Below are positions 1 through 10,769 of a stretch of 64,000 nt of DNA, one piece after another. Every line of letters begins with the position of its first letter. The first letter of the stretch is position 1. A program made the position numbers and the translations under genes. The DNA is from an uncultured delta proteobacterium (lineage in GTDB: Bacteria > Myxococcota_A > Polyangia > Fen-1088): assembly GCA_963796685.1 (NCBI GenBank), contig CAWCMR010000012.1, positions 1 to 64,000 on the forward strand. The letters are read 5' to 3'. The notes beneath the pieces are model-generated. The model saw only the letters and a program-made list of their open reading frames with translations, did not search any database and was not told the DNA's origin.

Positions 1-1944
1 TTGGGGGTGACACACTTGCCCGCACCGTCGCAGGTCGAGGTCGGAGTGACCGACGATACGCTGGAGCAGACGGCGGCCTTGCAATTGGTTCCGCTGCCAT
101 AGCGGGCGCACACGCCACCGATGCAGGCACCCGTGGTACCGCAGGTGCTGGCATGAGACACGGTGCACTTGCCCTGCGGATCCAGGGCGTTGTCAGGTAC
201 GGCCATGCAAAGCCCCGGTGAGATGGGCAGATTGCAGGCCATGCACGCGCTCGTGCATGCGCTCCCGCAGCAGACGCCCTGGGCACAGAAGGTCGACTGG
301 CACTCCGTCCCCATGCTGCAAGTTGCCCCATTGGGCTTGAGGCCACAACTGGCGTTCTGGCAGAAATTTCCAGCCACGCATTGCGTGTCGCTGCTGCAGG
401 TGGAGTAGCAGCTACTTCCGTTGCACAGGAAGGGGCTGCAGGTGCGAGAACGTGAAGCCACACACTGGCTCGACGCATTGCACGTGGGGGGCGGCGTGTA
501 GACCCCGGAGATGCAGGTTTCTTGCCCGCATGAGGTTCCAACCGCGTAGCTCTGGCAGGCCCCGGTGCCGTCGCACAGCCCATTGGTCGAACAAGCGGCT
601 CGGCCTAAATCCTTGCAGACGCCGTGCGGATCGAGGGTGCCGCTGCCCACGTTCAGGCATTGTCCCGGGCGAGCCGGGCAGGTTGCAGCTCTGGCAGGGT
701 CCGGTGCAGCTACTCTCGCAGCACACCCCGTCCACGCACTGGCCCGATTCGCATCCGCTGGAATCCGAACAAGGTTGCCCGTTCTTACGCAGGCCACAAC
801 TTCCACCGCTGCTGCTTTGCAGGTTGCATTGAAATCCGGACGCACAGTCGTTGCCGCTTGCGCAGTTCGGCACACACGCGTCACTGCTGCAAACATAGGG
901 TGAGCAATCCACGAGTTGCGAATCCTGACAGGTACCTTTGCCGTCGCAGGTTCGCGGCGTGTTCTCGATCAAGCCCGAACAAGACGACGAGCCGCACACG
1001 GTGTCCTTGGGATAGAGGGTGCACGAACCCAAACCGTCGCAAAGGCCGTTGTAGCCACAGGTGGTGCGATCGGTGCCATTGCACGCCGGGTCGGTGAAAC
1101 CGGCCGGAAGGTACGTGCAGATGCCAAGCGATCCGGTCTGGTTGCACGACTCGCAAGGCCCGTCGCAGGCGCTGCTGCAACACACGCCGAGCACGTCCGC
1201 GCTCGCGCCCACGCAGAAGGCCGAAACACAGGCATCGCCGCTCTGGCAGACGGCGCCGTTGCTGGCTCTTGCCACACCTGCCGGCCACGCACTGCTTTCC
1301 CGCCGCGCACTGGGAATTGGTGGTGCAAGCATAGCTGCAATGGCCGGTGTCTGGATCACAGGTATAGGGTGGACAGATCTCGGGAAGGCGCCGGCTCGGA
1401 GCAGTTGCCATTGCCGTCGCAAGCGACGATGCCCGTTACGCTATCCCCATCGCAGGTGCCGAGCTTGCACTCCGTGCCTTCCACGTACTTGCGGCAACCG
1501 CCCTTGCCGTCGCAGGCTCCGTCCTGCCCACAGGTCGCGGGCTTGCTGGCGGCGCAGACCGTGGAATCGTGGGGCTTCACACCCGATGGAACGGAGGCAC
1601 AGTCACCGAGCGAGGTGGCCAGATCGCAGGCCCTGCAGGTCTGCCCGCAGGCGGATGTGCAACAGACCCCGTCAGCGCAGAAGCCGGACTGGCACTCGGC
1701 ATCGCAGCTACAGGATTCGGCCTTGCCCTTGGACTTGCTGACCGCGCCCGGTGCACACAGCGCCAGGCTGCTGGGCATCCGAGCCTCGGGAGCTGTCGGA
1801 GGTGTTGGTGTCCTTCTTCCCACCGTCTTCGTGGGAACCGTCGGAATTTGTTGCAGCCAGCGGCGCCTAAAACAGCGGCCAGGGCGAGGATGCCCGAAAA
1901 GGCGCTCCCACGCCCAAATCTAGCGCGCCACGAATCACTGTCAT
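1..1944 (-). CDS. Large Cys-rich repeat lipoprotein (myxobacterial type), runs off the window start, broken by several frameshifts
   Basis: Repeated CxSGxCxDGVCCxSxCxGxCxxC units across ORFs 1356-1823, 881-1411, 412-1422 and 1-420. Lipobox-like ILALAAVLGAAGC near 1850-1890. ATG at 1944 preceded by GGGGGG. Confidence 0.7.
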
Positions 1945-2117
1945 CGGTCCCCCCTTAAGCTCGTATGGTTTGTATAGAATTGTGTGTTTATGCACCACCG
2001 TCCTGGTGTTATCGATGGGTTGTGATGCGGTCTACAAGGAAATAGCCTCAGTAGTCCGGGCAAAAGCCATACTCGGTACCCTACGGTAGGCAGTTCCCGA
2101 CGGGACATGGATACGTG

Positions 2118-2979
2118 TCATTGCAGACGCGATGGCACCCGTGTGCAGGCGTTGTTCACGCAGGTGTTCGCGAGAGCGCAATCATGGGCGGAGGCGCAAG
2201 GCATCGCCGTTATTACTATCACCATCCCGCTGATGAACTCACAAACGGTACGGCTATGCCCTGATTGGTCGGGGGGAACCAAGAGGCAGATCCCGGCCCG
2301 ATCCACAACTGGTGGTCGGGGTCGCAAGGGGATCGCAGCAGTTTCCATCCGGGCCGCACTGGGCTATAGGGGGGATCGCAGACAGTGACTATGCCGCCTG
2401 CCGCCGAGAGGCTACGCTGGGTGCAGGCCACACCGAGTGCAGTCTTGTGTTGCGTTGTGACATAGGGCAAAGCAGTAGCCCGTGCGTCGTTGTTCCGCCG
2501 TTGAGAGGTTGGAGGCAGATACTCCCCTTCGCGCAATTGTCAACTTGACCCGGCGAGCCTGGAGATGTCACCCCGCAGGGCTGGAAATCTGCTACTGGGC
2601 TCGGGTCTTTGGCGGCGCAGGTCGGCAGGGCCGTGGCGCCAACCAGTGCATAACTGCACTTCTGGGTGCACCAATCGCACTTGCTACCGCTCTGGCAGAC
2701 CGGATCGCAGGGATCTGTCGTGGTCGGCGTGCAGGACTGCACCGGGGTCGCGTCGGGACAAGTGACGCTTGCGTCTGGCCCAAGGCGGGAGTCCGCAGCA
2801 TCTGCGCCGCCTCCAGCGCCCGCGATCTGCCCGCCGAGCGCCGAGCCCCCCTCGCCGCCGGCCCCAGCGCCACCGGAAACGTCCGCGTTGGGTACAAAAC
2901 TGGCTTTCACGCAAGCAACGCTCGACACCAGCAGAAATGCAAGCCAACTCGCCAACAAGTTCGTCGAAGGATTTCTCAT
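2118..2979 (-). CDS. Cys-rich lipoprotein, frameshifted (ORFs 2389-2979 and 2118-2348)
   Basis: Signal peptide ending VSSVAC, Gly-rich linker, CDPVCQ and many Cys. The Cys pattern continues in another frame. Confidence 0.6.
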
Positions 2980-3144
2980 GAGTTAGTTGTCCGATCGGAT
3001 GCCAGTCTAGCGGGAAGGAGGTTGCCAGGCGAACCACTATTGTGGACCGCCCCTTCGACCCGACTTTGACGGACGACTCGTCGGGTCAACGCTCATGCTT
3101 CTTCCGTGATCACGAGCACATAAGGCACATGGAGGTGGCCTGGG

Positions 3145-5547
3145 CTACGCTCCGAGGAGAACCTCGACCCTGACTTCCTTCGTTCCCGCCGCCGGCAGGG
3201 GCACGACCGAGCCGGCCATCGCCTTGCCGTCGACGGTCAGGGCGACGTCGTTGCCCTTGCCTTGTCGGTTCACTTCGATGAAGTAGCGCACACCGCGGAA
3301 CACACGCGTAGCCTTGAAGCCTGGCCACTTGTCGGGAATGACCGGCGCGATCATCAGGCCCTGGTGGGTCGGCCGGATGCCAAGGATCCACTGCGTGCCG
3401 GCGACGTAGGTCCAGGATGCGGTGCCCGACAGCCAGGCGTTGCGGGCGTAGCCGAATTGCTTGTGCTCGGGGCCGGCGATGTTTCCGCAATAGACGTAGG
3501 GCTCGACCTTCATGCAGTCCACGTCCGTACGGGTGAAGGGCGTGATCTCCAGGTAGTACTGCATGGCTCGCTCGGCCATGCCCAGCTTGGCCGCGGCCAC
3601 GATGGCCCAGGTGTTGGCGTGGCAGAAGATGCCGCCGTTCTCCTTGGCGCCCGGTGGATAGGTCGTGGTGCCGCGCACCCGCTCGTCGCCCTTTTGGTAG
3701 GCCGGCCACAGCAGCGCGAGCCCGTACTTGCAGTGGAGGTGCTTGTGGGCGCTGTCCAGGGCCTTCTTTGCTCTTTCGGGCGGTGCCGTTTCGCCGATGA
3801 CGGCCCAGGTCTGGGTGTTGAGCGCGATCTTGTGGTGCTTCTCGCTCTTCACCCCGACCGGCTTGCCTTCGTCGTCATAAGCACGCGCGTACCACGCCCC
3901 ATCCCAGGCCACCTTGTTGACGATCTCCGCCATCTCCTTGGTGCAGATGGCGGAAGCGCTCGGCGTCGGTGGTGGCGCCGATGTGATCCGAAATTCGGCA
4001 AGATCCAGCATTGCGCGACAGAAGTGCTGCGCGACCCACACGCTCTCGGCCTTGCCGCTGCCATGATCGACGTTCATGGTGTCGTCCCAGTCGGAGAAAC
4101 CGATGCGTGGTAGTCCCTGCGGCCCGCGGTGCTGCAGAGTGAATTCCACCGCGCGCAGCATGTGATTCCAGATGGTGTCTTCGCCGCCGTCCGTGTACGC
4201 GACCTTGTGATCGAGATAGGCGAGGTCGCCGGTCTCGCGCAGGTACGCGCACACGCCGAGGATGAGCCACAGGTGATCGTCGGAGAACCACTGCGGCCAC
4301 TGCGGGAATTCGGCGGCTAGCCCCGGTCCGCCCTCGCCGGTGAGCGGCAGCACCTGGTGCCAGGTGTGGCCGTCTTGGTACTGCAGGTGCCACAGCATGT
4401 TCAGGGTCGAACGCGCGCGCTCGGCGGCGTTGTGAACCGTGCCCAGCGTGTCTTGCGCCGAATCGCGCGTGCCCATGCCGCGACCGGTGCCGGTCTCGTA
4501 GGCCGAGACGAAGCGCGACCAGTACAAGGTCGTTCGGCACTGGATGGGATTCCACACGTTGAGCATGGCGTTGACGACGGGATCGGGCGTCTCGACGGTG
4601 AAGCGGCCAAGGTAGTCGTTCCAGTCGGCGTTCAGGGCCGCAAAGGCCTTGTCCACGCTCTTGGGCGCGCGGTATTTGCCGACGACCTTGGCGATGCGCG
4701 CCGGTTCGTCGGTCACGCCCATGATGAAGACGATCTCCTTTTCCTGCCCCGGCGAAAGCACCAGGTCGTGGCAAAGCGAGCCGATGTTGTTGCCGCGGGC
4801 GGCCTGGGTGTTCGTGGGTTTGCCGTTTTCGACCATCTCGGGGTTGGCAAGATCGCGCCAGCGGCCGATGAAGACTTCGCGATCGGTTTCGAACCCGATG
4901 GGTTTCACGCTGGAAGCGAAGTAATTCGTGGTCGCCGCGAAGCGTGTCTTGGACGTGATGATGCCGTCTTTCACGCTCGCCTCGAGGATGTGCTGGCACC
5001 AATCGAGGTTCAGCTGGTCGCCGAGGGCGTCGCGGAAGCTGAATTCGATGTACGAGAAGGTTCGCAGCTTGCGCTTGGTCTTGCCGGTGTTCTTGATCTT
5101 GAGGACCCACAGCTCGCACGGGCAGGTTTCCTCTACCGGCGTGGGTGGCACGAAGTAGAGCAGGCTGGCGGTGATGCCGTTGCAGGTGCTGGCGATCTTG
5201 GTGTAGCCCGCGCCGTGGCGGCATTCGTAGGCGGACAGCTTCACCCTGGGCGTGGGCTGCGCGGTCGGGCTCCAGAATTTTCCGCTTTCCATGTCGCGGA
5301 TGTAGACGTAGCGGCCGGGTTGATCGGCGGGGATGGAGTTGTAGCGGTAGCGCGAAACGCGCCGGTTCTTCGGATCGCGGTCGAAGGCGAAGCCGCCTGC
5401 CGCGTTCGAGACGATGCCGCCGTAGCGGCCCTCGCCGATGAAGTTGAACCATGGCGTGGGGGTGTCCGGCCGGGTGATCACATACTCGCGAGCGGCCTCG
5501 TCGTAGTAGCCATAGGGATTGGAAAGAGCCTTGCTCTTGGTGGTCAT
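3145..5547 (-). CDS. GH94 glycoside phosphorylase (cellobiose/chitobiose phosphorylase-like)
   Basis: Motifs [58 protein letters not shown] short compensated frameshift near 3945-3990. Confidence 0.92.
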   Translation of the reverse strand: MTTKSKALSNPYGYYDEAAREYVITRPDTPTPWFNFIGEGRYGGIVSNAAGGFAFDRDPKNRRVSRYRYNSIPADQPGRYVYIRDMESGKFWSPTAQPTPRVKLSAYECRHGAGYTKIASTCNGITASLLYFVPPTPVEETCPCELWVLKIKNTGKTKRKLRTFSYIEFSFRDALGDQLNLDWCQHILEASVKDGIITSKTRFAATTNYFASSVKPIGFETDREVFIGRWRDLANPEMVENGKPTNTQAARGNNIGSLCHDLVLSPGQEKEIVFIMGVTDEPARIAKVVGKYRAPKSVDKAFAALNADWNDYLGRFTVETPDPVVNAMLNVWNPIQCRTTLYWSRFVSAYETGTGRGMGTRDSAQDTLGTVHNAAERARSTLNMLWHLQYQDGHTWHQVLPLTGEGGPGLAAEFPQWPQWFSDDHLWLILGVCAYLRETGDLAYLDHKVAYTDGGEDTIWNHMLRAVEFTLQHRGPQGLPRIGFSDWDDTMNVDHGSGKAESVWVAQHFCRAMLDLAEFRITSAPPPTPSASAICTKEMAEIVNKVAWDGAWYARAYDDEGKPVGVKSEKHHKIALNTQTWAVIGETAPPERAKKALDSAHKHLHCKYGLALLWPAYQKGDERVRGTTTYPPGAKENGGIFCHANTWAIVAAAKLGMAERAMQYYLEITPFTRTDVDCMKVEPYVYCGNIAGPEHKQFGYARNAWLSGTASWTYVAGTQWILGIRPTHQGLMIAPVIPDKWPGFKATRVFRGVRYFIEVNRQGKGNDVALTVDGKAMAGSVVPLPAAGTKEVRVEVLLGA

Positions 5548-5571
5548 GGGGATCCCTCTGTCGGGTTGGGG

Positions 5572-6980
5572 TTACTGGGCCGGCGCGGCTTCGGCGATCG
5601 TGCGCCGCTCGCCGAGCTCTTTCTCGATCACCTTCATGCGCTTGTCGTCGAGCGAGTAGAGCAGGGGCAGCAGGGTGGCCAGGACGCTGCCGATGGCCGG
5701 GATGAAGCTGACCAGCAACTTGAGGCCAGTCAGGGTGTCGGCATTCTGTGCGACGCCCGCCTGGTAGCCGAAGCTGGACAGGATGAACCCGGTCGCGGCG
5801 CCACCCACGGTCCAGCCCATCTTCTGCGCGAAGGACGAGGCCGCGAAGACCAGGCCCGTCGAACGGCGGCCAGTCTTCCACTCGGAGTAGTCGGAGGCGT
5901 CGGCGTACATGGCATAAACCAGCGCGGCCGAAGGTCCCATGATGAGGTTCGCCAGGATCTGCAGCACGAACATGACGATCACGTCCTCGGGCCGCAGAAA
6001 GTAGAAGGCAATGGTCACCACCGACGTCAGGCCCATCATGATCATATAGAGCTGGCGCTTGCCGATCTTGGCGGCGATGGGCCCCACGATGGACGTACCG
6101 AACAGCGTGGCCAGCGATCCACAAACGAAGAAGGCCCCCAGCATGCCGTTGGCCGAGAACTTCATGCCCAGCACGGTCTGATCGCCGACGTAGTACTTGA
6201 AATAGAAGGCGAAGCAGCCGTTGCGGATGGAGACGTAGCTGAGCGTCGCGATGCCGAGCACGAACAGGATCAGCCACGGTACGTTGGTCACCACATCGCC
6301 GAGATCGCGGACGAAGGACGATTGGGTCGCCTTGGGGATCACGCGCTCCTTGGTGGTGGCGAAACAGATGATCCACATCACCATGCCGAGCAGGGCATAC
6401 AGGCCCACGGTCATGGCGAAGCCGAGCTGCTGGTTCTTGCCGCCGAAGGCGGAGACCAGGTACATGGTGCACAAGCTGACCACCAGGCCGGCCGAGTAGG
6501 CGCCGACGAAGCGGAACGACGACACCTTGGTGCGCTCCACGCTGGACGGCGAGATGACGCCCATGAGCGCCGAGTAGGGCAGGTTGATGGCGCTGTAGAC
6601 GAGGCCGATGAGGCCGTACGTGACATAGGCGTAGACGAGCTTGCCGTGGGGCCCGAAGGGCGGCGTGATGAAGGCCAGGGTTCCGCACACGCCGAAGGGC
6701 ACGAACATCCACAAGGATATAGGGGCGGAACTTGCCCCAACGGGTGGTGGTGCGATCCGCGATCATGCCCACGATGGGGTCGAAGACGGTGTCCAGGATG
6801 CGGGTGACGAAGAACAGGGTGGCCATCGACGCAGGCGCCAAGCCCGAACACGTCGGTGTAGAAGATGTTGCCGAAGAAGACGAAGGTCATCCAGAACAGG
6901 TTGGAAGCCGTGTCCCCGAGCGCGTAACCGGCCTTTTCCTTGAACGATAGCTTTTCGCTGTCCGTGGTCGTCGTGGTCAT
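5572..6980 (-). CDS. MFS glycoside-pentoside-hexuronide (GPH) cation symporter, frameshifted near 6840 and 6715
   Basis: N-terminus [18 protein letters not shown], then [33 protein letters not shown] and [13 protein letters not shown] in successive frames. Adjacent to GH94. Confidence 0.9.
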
Positions 6981-7077
6981 CGGCGGTCCTCACTCCTGGC
7001 GGTGGATGCGAAGGCCACGGCGCTTCTCCGCCGACGACCCAGGCAGCGGGGACTCTAAGGCCAGGGCGGGGGATGGA

Positions 7078-7596
7078 TCAACAGCGAACGCCCGTCGGCA
7101 GCGGATCGCCGCTCAAGACGTGGCGAACACGCACGTCGGCGGCGACCGGTTTGCTGCCGTCCACGGTGATGCTGCCGTCCGCTGCGATGGTCACCTGGTA
7201 GTGCTGCAGGGGAGTCCGAGCCGGACCGCGCGTGACGGCGCCGTTTCCATCGAAGGTCGAGCCGTGACACGGGCACGAGAGCCCGTCGCTGATGGTGCCC
7301 GAGGTGTCCTCGACCAGGCATCCGGCGTGGGTGCACACGGCCGACATCGCATAGACCCCTTGGTTGTCCAGACCCACGACCACGTTGGAAGAATAGATTT
7401 GCAGCGTTCCCTTCTTCAGGTCGGCAACCTTGCCCGCGCTGACCGGCCCGTGGGGGGAGAGCCCGTGGGGGGCTGGCAGCCGGTCAAGGCCTTGGCGAAA
7501 ACAGGGTAGCCTGCGGAGACGCCCACGACGCGCAGGAGCTGGCGGCGGTCGAGCCCGTGTCGCCGTGGGATGGGCTTGCTTGGATTCCTCGGACAT
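7078..7596 (-). CDS. Rieske [2Fe-2S] domain protein with probable Tat signal (frameshifted N-terminus)
   Basis: CTHAGC and CPCHGS Rieske boxes. LDRRQLL twin-Arg motif in an alternate frame. ATG at 7596 after AAGGAGG. Confidence 0.85.
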   Translation of the reverse strand: MSEESKQAHPTATRARPPPAPARRGRLRRLPCFRQGLDRLPAPHGLSPHGPVSAGKVADLKKGTLQIYSSNVVVGLDNQGVYAMSAVCTHAGCLVEDTSGTISDGLSCPCHGSTFDGNGAVTRGPARTPLQHYQVTIAADGSITVDGSKPVAADVRVRHVLSGDPLPTGVRC

Positions 7597-7612
7597 GTGG
7601 ACCTCCTTAGTC

Positions 7613-8584
7613 CTATTTGTGGATCCAGTACCCGGAGTTTCGGGAAGGCAGGCCGACCCCGTGGTGCGGAGATGGCACATTTCTGGCGCCATTGCACGGG
7701 GCGCGCGGGGATCGGTCGCGGCTTAGCCGGCCGGGTCGCGCGCGGTACTTCTTCACGAAGGCAGTGGGGCGATAGGTGATCTTCGCCTGGCGCAAACCCG
7801 GATCGCCGAGGTCTTGTTCGCGGTTGATGAGGGTGATGGCCGGCGGCAGCGAGCGGGCGAAGTCCATGTTGATGACCTGGTACAGACCCTTCATGTCCGG
7901 TACGGTTTTTTCGTAGTGGACGACGAACATGGTCCCGGCTCGTGCTTCCTCGCCCAAGGTGTAACCCGCCGGCTTTCCCTCCACGCAGTAGAGCCTGCCG
8001 TGCAACCCGAACTCGCTGGCGTGCTCAAGGGCCGTGCGCGCGGGCGCGTAGTCCGCCTGATCCTTGGCGTGCTCGCGCCACGCCTCCAGAACCGCTAGGG
8101 CGTCGTCGCGCCGGTCGTCCGAAAGCGGGTACGCTTCGTAGCTATGCCTCTTCTCGAAGGCGTGAACCAGGTTGCGCTTCCTTTGCAAGGCCCGGCCGTG
8201 CAGCGCGGCCAGATTCTCGCGCTGGTAGAGGTAGTCGAAGTTGTCCCTGTCCTCCGTCACCTGGTAACCGGCCTGGCGAAGCTCTTCGGCTTGCGTTTCG
8301 GTGACCAACTTCATCGAGGCGAAGCGAAGGAACAGCTCGCCCAGGAGCTCGCGGCGCGGCAGGCCGAAGGGGCAGATGAAGAAGGGGACTCCCTTGTCGG
8401 CTCCGACGAGAATGCACGTCGCATCTTGCAGGCGGCCGATGCGGTAGGCGTGGGAAATCCGAAAGCAGTAGAGGCCGGCAAAGCTCAGCTCGGACAGACC
8501 TTCCGGAAGCGCGCGAAAGAGCGGTTCGAGCAGCGGGCGATCCGCGAGCTCCAGCTCGGTCAGGTTCGGGTAGCTTCCGATCAT
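7613..8584 (-). CDS. DUF2156 / phosphatidylglycerol lysyltransferase C-terminal-like protein
   Basis: EDRDNFDYLY, KRNLVHAF, VVHYEK and INREQDLGDPGLRQAK motifs. The true stop may be near 7723. Confidence 0.85.
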   Translation of the reverse strand: MIGSYPNLTELELADRPLLEPLFRALPEGLSELSFAGLYCFRISHAYRIGRLQDATCILVGADKGVPFFICPFGLPRRELLGELFLRFASMKLVTETQAEELRQAGYQVTEDRDNFDYLYQRENLAALHGRALQRKRNLVHAFEKRHSYEAYPLSDDRRDDALAVLEAWREHAKDQADYAPARTALEHASEFGLHGRLYCVEGKPAGYTLGEEARAGTMFVVHYEKTVPDMKGLYQVINMDFARSLPPAITLINREQDLGDPGLRQAKITYRPTAFVKKYRARPGRLSRDRSPRAPCNGARNVPSPHHGVGLPSRNSGYWIHK

Positions 8585-8634
8585 CGTGCGGCGGATGGTG
8601 AAACGGGTAGGGGATGGCCTCGCAGCAAGATGCA

Positions 8635-8662
8635 GCAAGGTGCAAGGTGCAAGGTGCAAGGT
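8635..8662. repeat. Heptamer tandem repeat (GCAAGGT)x4
   Basis: Read directly from the sequence. Confidence 0.9.
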
Positions 8663-8748
8663 AAACGATGCGAGGGACGAAATGTAGCACGGGGTCGGGG
8701 GAGGCGCCCGGCCCCGTGCTGGACCGTAATCCCGCGATAGCCGCGGGA

Positions 8749-8861
8749 GGTCGTGGTCGTGGTCCTGGTCGTGGCCGTGGCCGTGGCCGTGGCCGGATGC
8801 GATCTTCGTCGGCCACGGCCACGGCCACGGGAACGTCCACGACGACGTCTACGACCACCAC
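8749..8861. repeat. Inverted pair of hexamer tandem arrays (GGYCGT)n ... (CGGCCA/CGACCA)n able to form a long hairpin
   Basis: About 8 hexamers per arm around a roughly 14-nt loop, intergenic. Confidence 0.8.
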
Positions 8862-8966
8862 TCTCCGCTCCGATTGGGCGCGAGCCTCTATCGTGGAAAG
8901 GCGTCTCTTTCTGCTGCCTTCCGCGACGTCACTGCGCTTGTCGCGAGATTAGGGTTGGAGGAGAGC

Positions 8967-10433
8967 CTAACTTCCGTTGCCGGCCAGGAAGTTGAATGGA
9001 TAGGAAACGATGGCGATGCCGCCACCGGTCGGTTTCGGGAACCCCCAGCGTTTGACCGCGTCGACCACGCACTTCTCGACGTGCACGTTGCCCATGGTCG
9101 AGCTCTGCAGGACGGAGCTCAAAACCTGGCCGAGGGGCGAGATGACGAACTGGATCGAAAGCCTGCCTTCGAGCCCGGCCTTGCGTACCAGCTCTTGGTC
9201 GTAGCAGTACTTCACCTCGTTCATGTGCAGGTGAACCACGCGCCGGATGATCTCCTTGTCGAGGGAGCCACGGATGTTGACGATGCCCGTGGTCACGGTG
9301 CGGATTTTGACGAGGTTGCGACGCCCAAGGCCACCGATGCCCGGACCGTGCCCGTAGCCATTGCGGCCGAGGGTGTTGTAGTTGCCGACGCCGATGGTCG
9401 TGAGGTTCGCGCCGCCGCCGCCCGCTCCGCTTCCCATGACCCCGAAGCCGCCCACGCCGTAGCCGTTTGCGAATTCACTGCCGACCAGGTTGCCGAGGAT
9501 GGTCTCTTGCGCGTCGCCTACCGCAGAGTCCCGCCCGAAGATGTCCGCGAAGAGCGCGCCTTGGGTCGAATTCAGAATACCGAGAATGCCCTTGCTCTGG
9601 ATGGCAGCCTTGGACTCCTCCTTGCCAAGGTGCATGTCCTTGCCATTCCCCGCGATGGAGTAGGCCCCCGAGGGCTTCTTGGATTTTTGGTCGCCCATCT
9701 TTCCCGATTCTCCGCTGTGAGGCTTGCCTACCTCGCCCGGATCCTCGCCGAGGCGATGGGTGAGGATCTCGGGCGGTGGCTCGGGTTCTGGCGCTTTGAT
9801 CGTGAACGGAATGACGGTTCTGCTCATGCCCATGAGATCGCCCGACGCGGACATGCCGTCGGGGGGGATCGCGAAGATCATGAGCAGGAACAGCCCGAGC
9901 GCCAGGAAGGAGCCCAGCGTGAATTTCTGCTCGGCCCAGCGCCAGCTCAACCAGCGCCTCGGCAACGGTTCGGCGCGCTTGGTGTGGTCCAAGCGGAAGC
10001 TCATGGCGCCGCAGTCGATCCTTGCCCGCGCGTTGGGTGGCAGGGTGAAGTTGCCGCCGCGACCGGCCAGGTAATCGGCCAGGCGGTACACCTTGCCCCC
10101 GACGGCCACGTCGCCGGTCATCTGCGGCGTCACATGGACCAGGAATCCTTCGCTCCACCTCGATACCAGCGGCAGGTCGGAGCCGCCCAGGAGCTCGCAC
10201 GGGGCCGGCGCATCGACCTTGGACGAGCTGCCGATCACGTAGCTGCTCCGTCTGTGGATGCCGTGCGGGGTCTTCCCTCGCTTGCTCGGCGCCTCGTCGG
10301 CGAGGAACCGGGTGTCGATGAGCACGCCTTTGTAACGGGCTTGGACCTCAAGCGCCGGGCGCTCGTCCAAGTACGGACCAGGGGTCAGGGGATTGTCAGG
10401 ACGTACGTCGGTTCTCGATGTTGCCGTGTTCAT
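8967..10433 (-). CDS. AgmX/PglI-type TonB C-terminal domain membrane protein (GltG-like)
   Basis: One TM helix, Gly-rich linker, C-terminus GSLDKEIIRRVV...VKYCY...CVVDAVKRWGFPKPTGGGIAIVSYPF. Confidence 0.8.
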   Translation of the reverse strand: MNTATSRTDVRPDNPLTPGPYLDERPALEVQARYKGVLIDTRFLADEAPSKRGKTPHGIHRRSSYVIGSSSKVDAPAPCELLGGSDLPLVSRWSEGFLVHVTPQMTGDVAVGGKVYRLADYLAGRGGNFTLPPNARARIDCGAMSFRLDHTKRAEPLPRRWLSWRWAEQKFTLGSFLALGLFLLMIFAIPPDGMSASGDLMGMSRTVIPFTIKAPEPEPPPEILTHRLGEDPGEVGKPHSGESGKMGDQKSKKPSGAYSIAGNGKDMHLGKEESKAAIQSKGILGILNSTQGALFADIFGRDSAVGDAQETILGNLVGSEFANGYGVGGFGVMGSGAGGGGANLTTIGVGNYNTLGRNGYGHGPGIGGLGRRNLVKIRTVTTGIVNIRGSLDKEIIRRVVHLHMNEVKYCYDQELVRKAGLEGRLSIQFVISPLGQVLSSVLQSSTMGNVHVEKCVVDAVKRWGFPKPTGGGIAIVSYPFNFLAGNGS

Positions 10434-10769
10434 GGCATGCTCCTCGCGTAGGGCCGGAGCCATCCAGCCCTGGTCGTGCGACGGGACCAGCGGCTGCCAG
10501 AATGGTCTCCGGGTGCTCCAGGGTCGAGGGGGCCGGCACCCGCCGGCCTCAATCACCTTCGCCCTTCTGATGCTAGGGACAACGCAAGAGTGGATTGGGT
10601 TTCAGATTTCTAGGAGGCTGAGCCGCCCGCCGTGCGCAAGCTTGACGGAAAACGACGTGACGGCTCGGTGCGCTGTCGACCTCTTCCCGTTAGCAGATGG
10701 ACCGGTTCCGTGGTAATCCTCGGCGCCACACCGATGGACACCTACATCTGATTCCATGGAAAGGCTCTG

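Noticed and set aside
10440-10600. Riboswitch in the hairpin-rich leader of the TonB-domain gene (also considered 1945-2110 and 41050-41150)
   Set aside because: Hairpins exist, but I could not match a known aptamer consensus such as c-di-GMP. An Rfam/Infernal scan would be needed.
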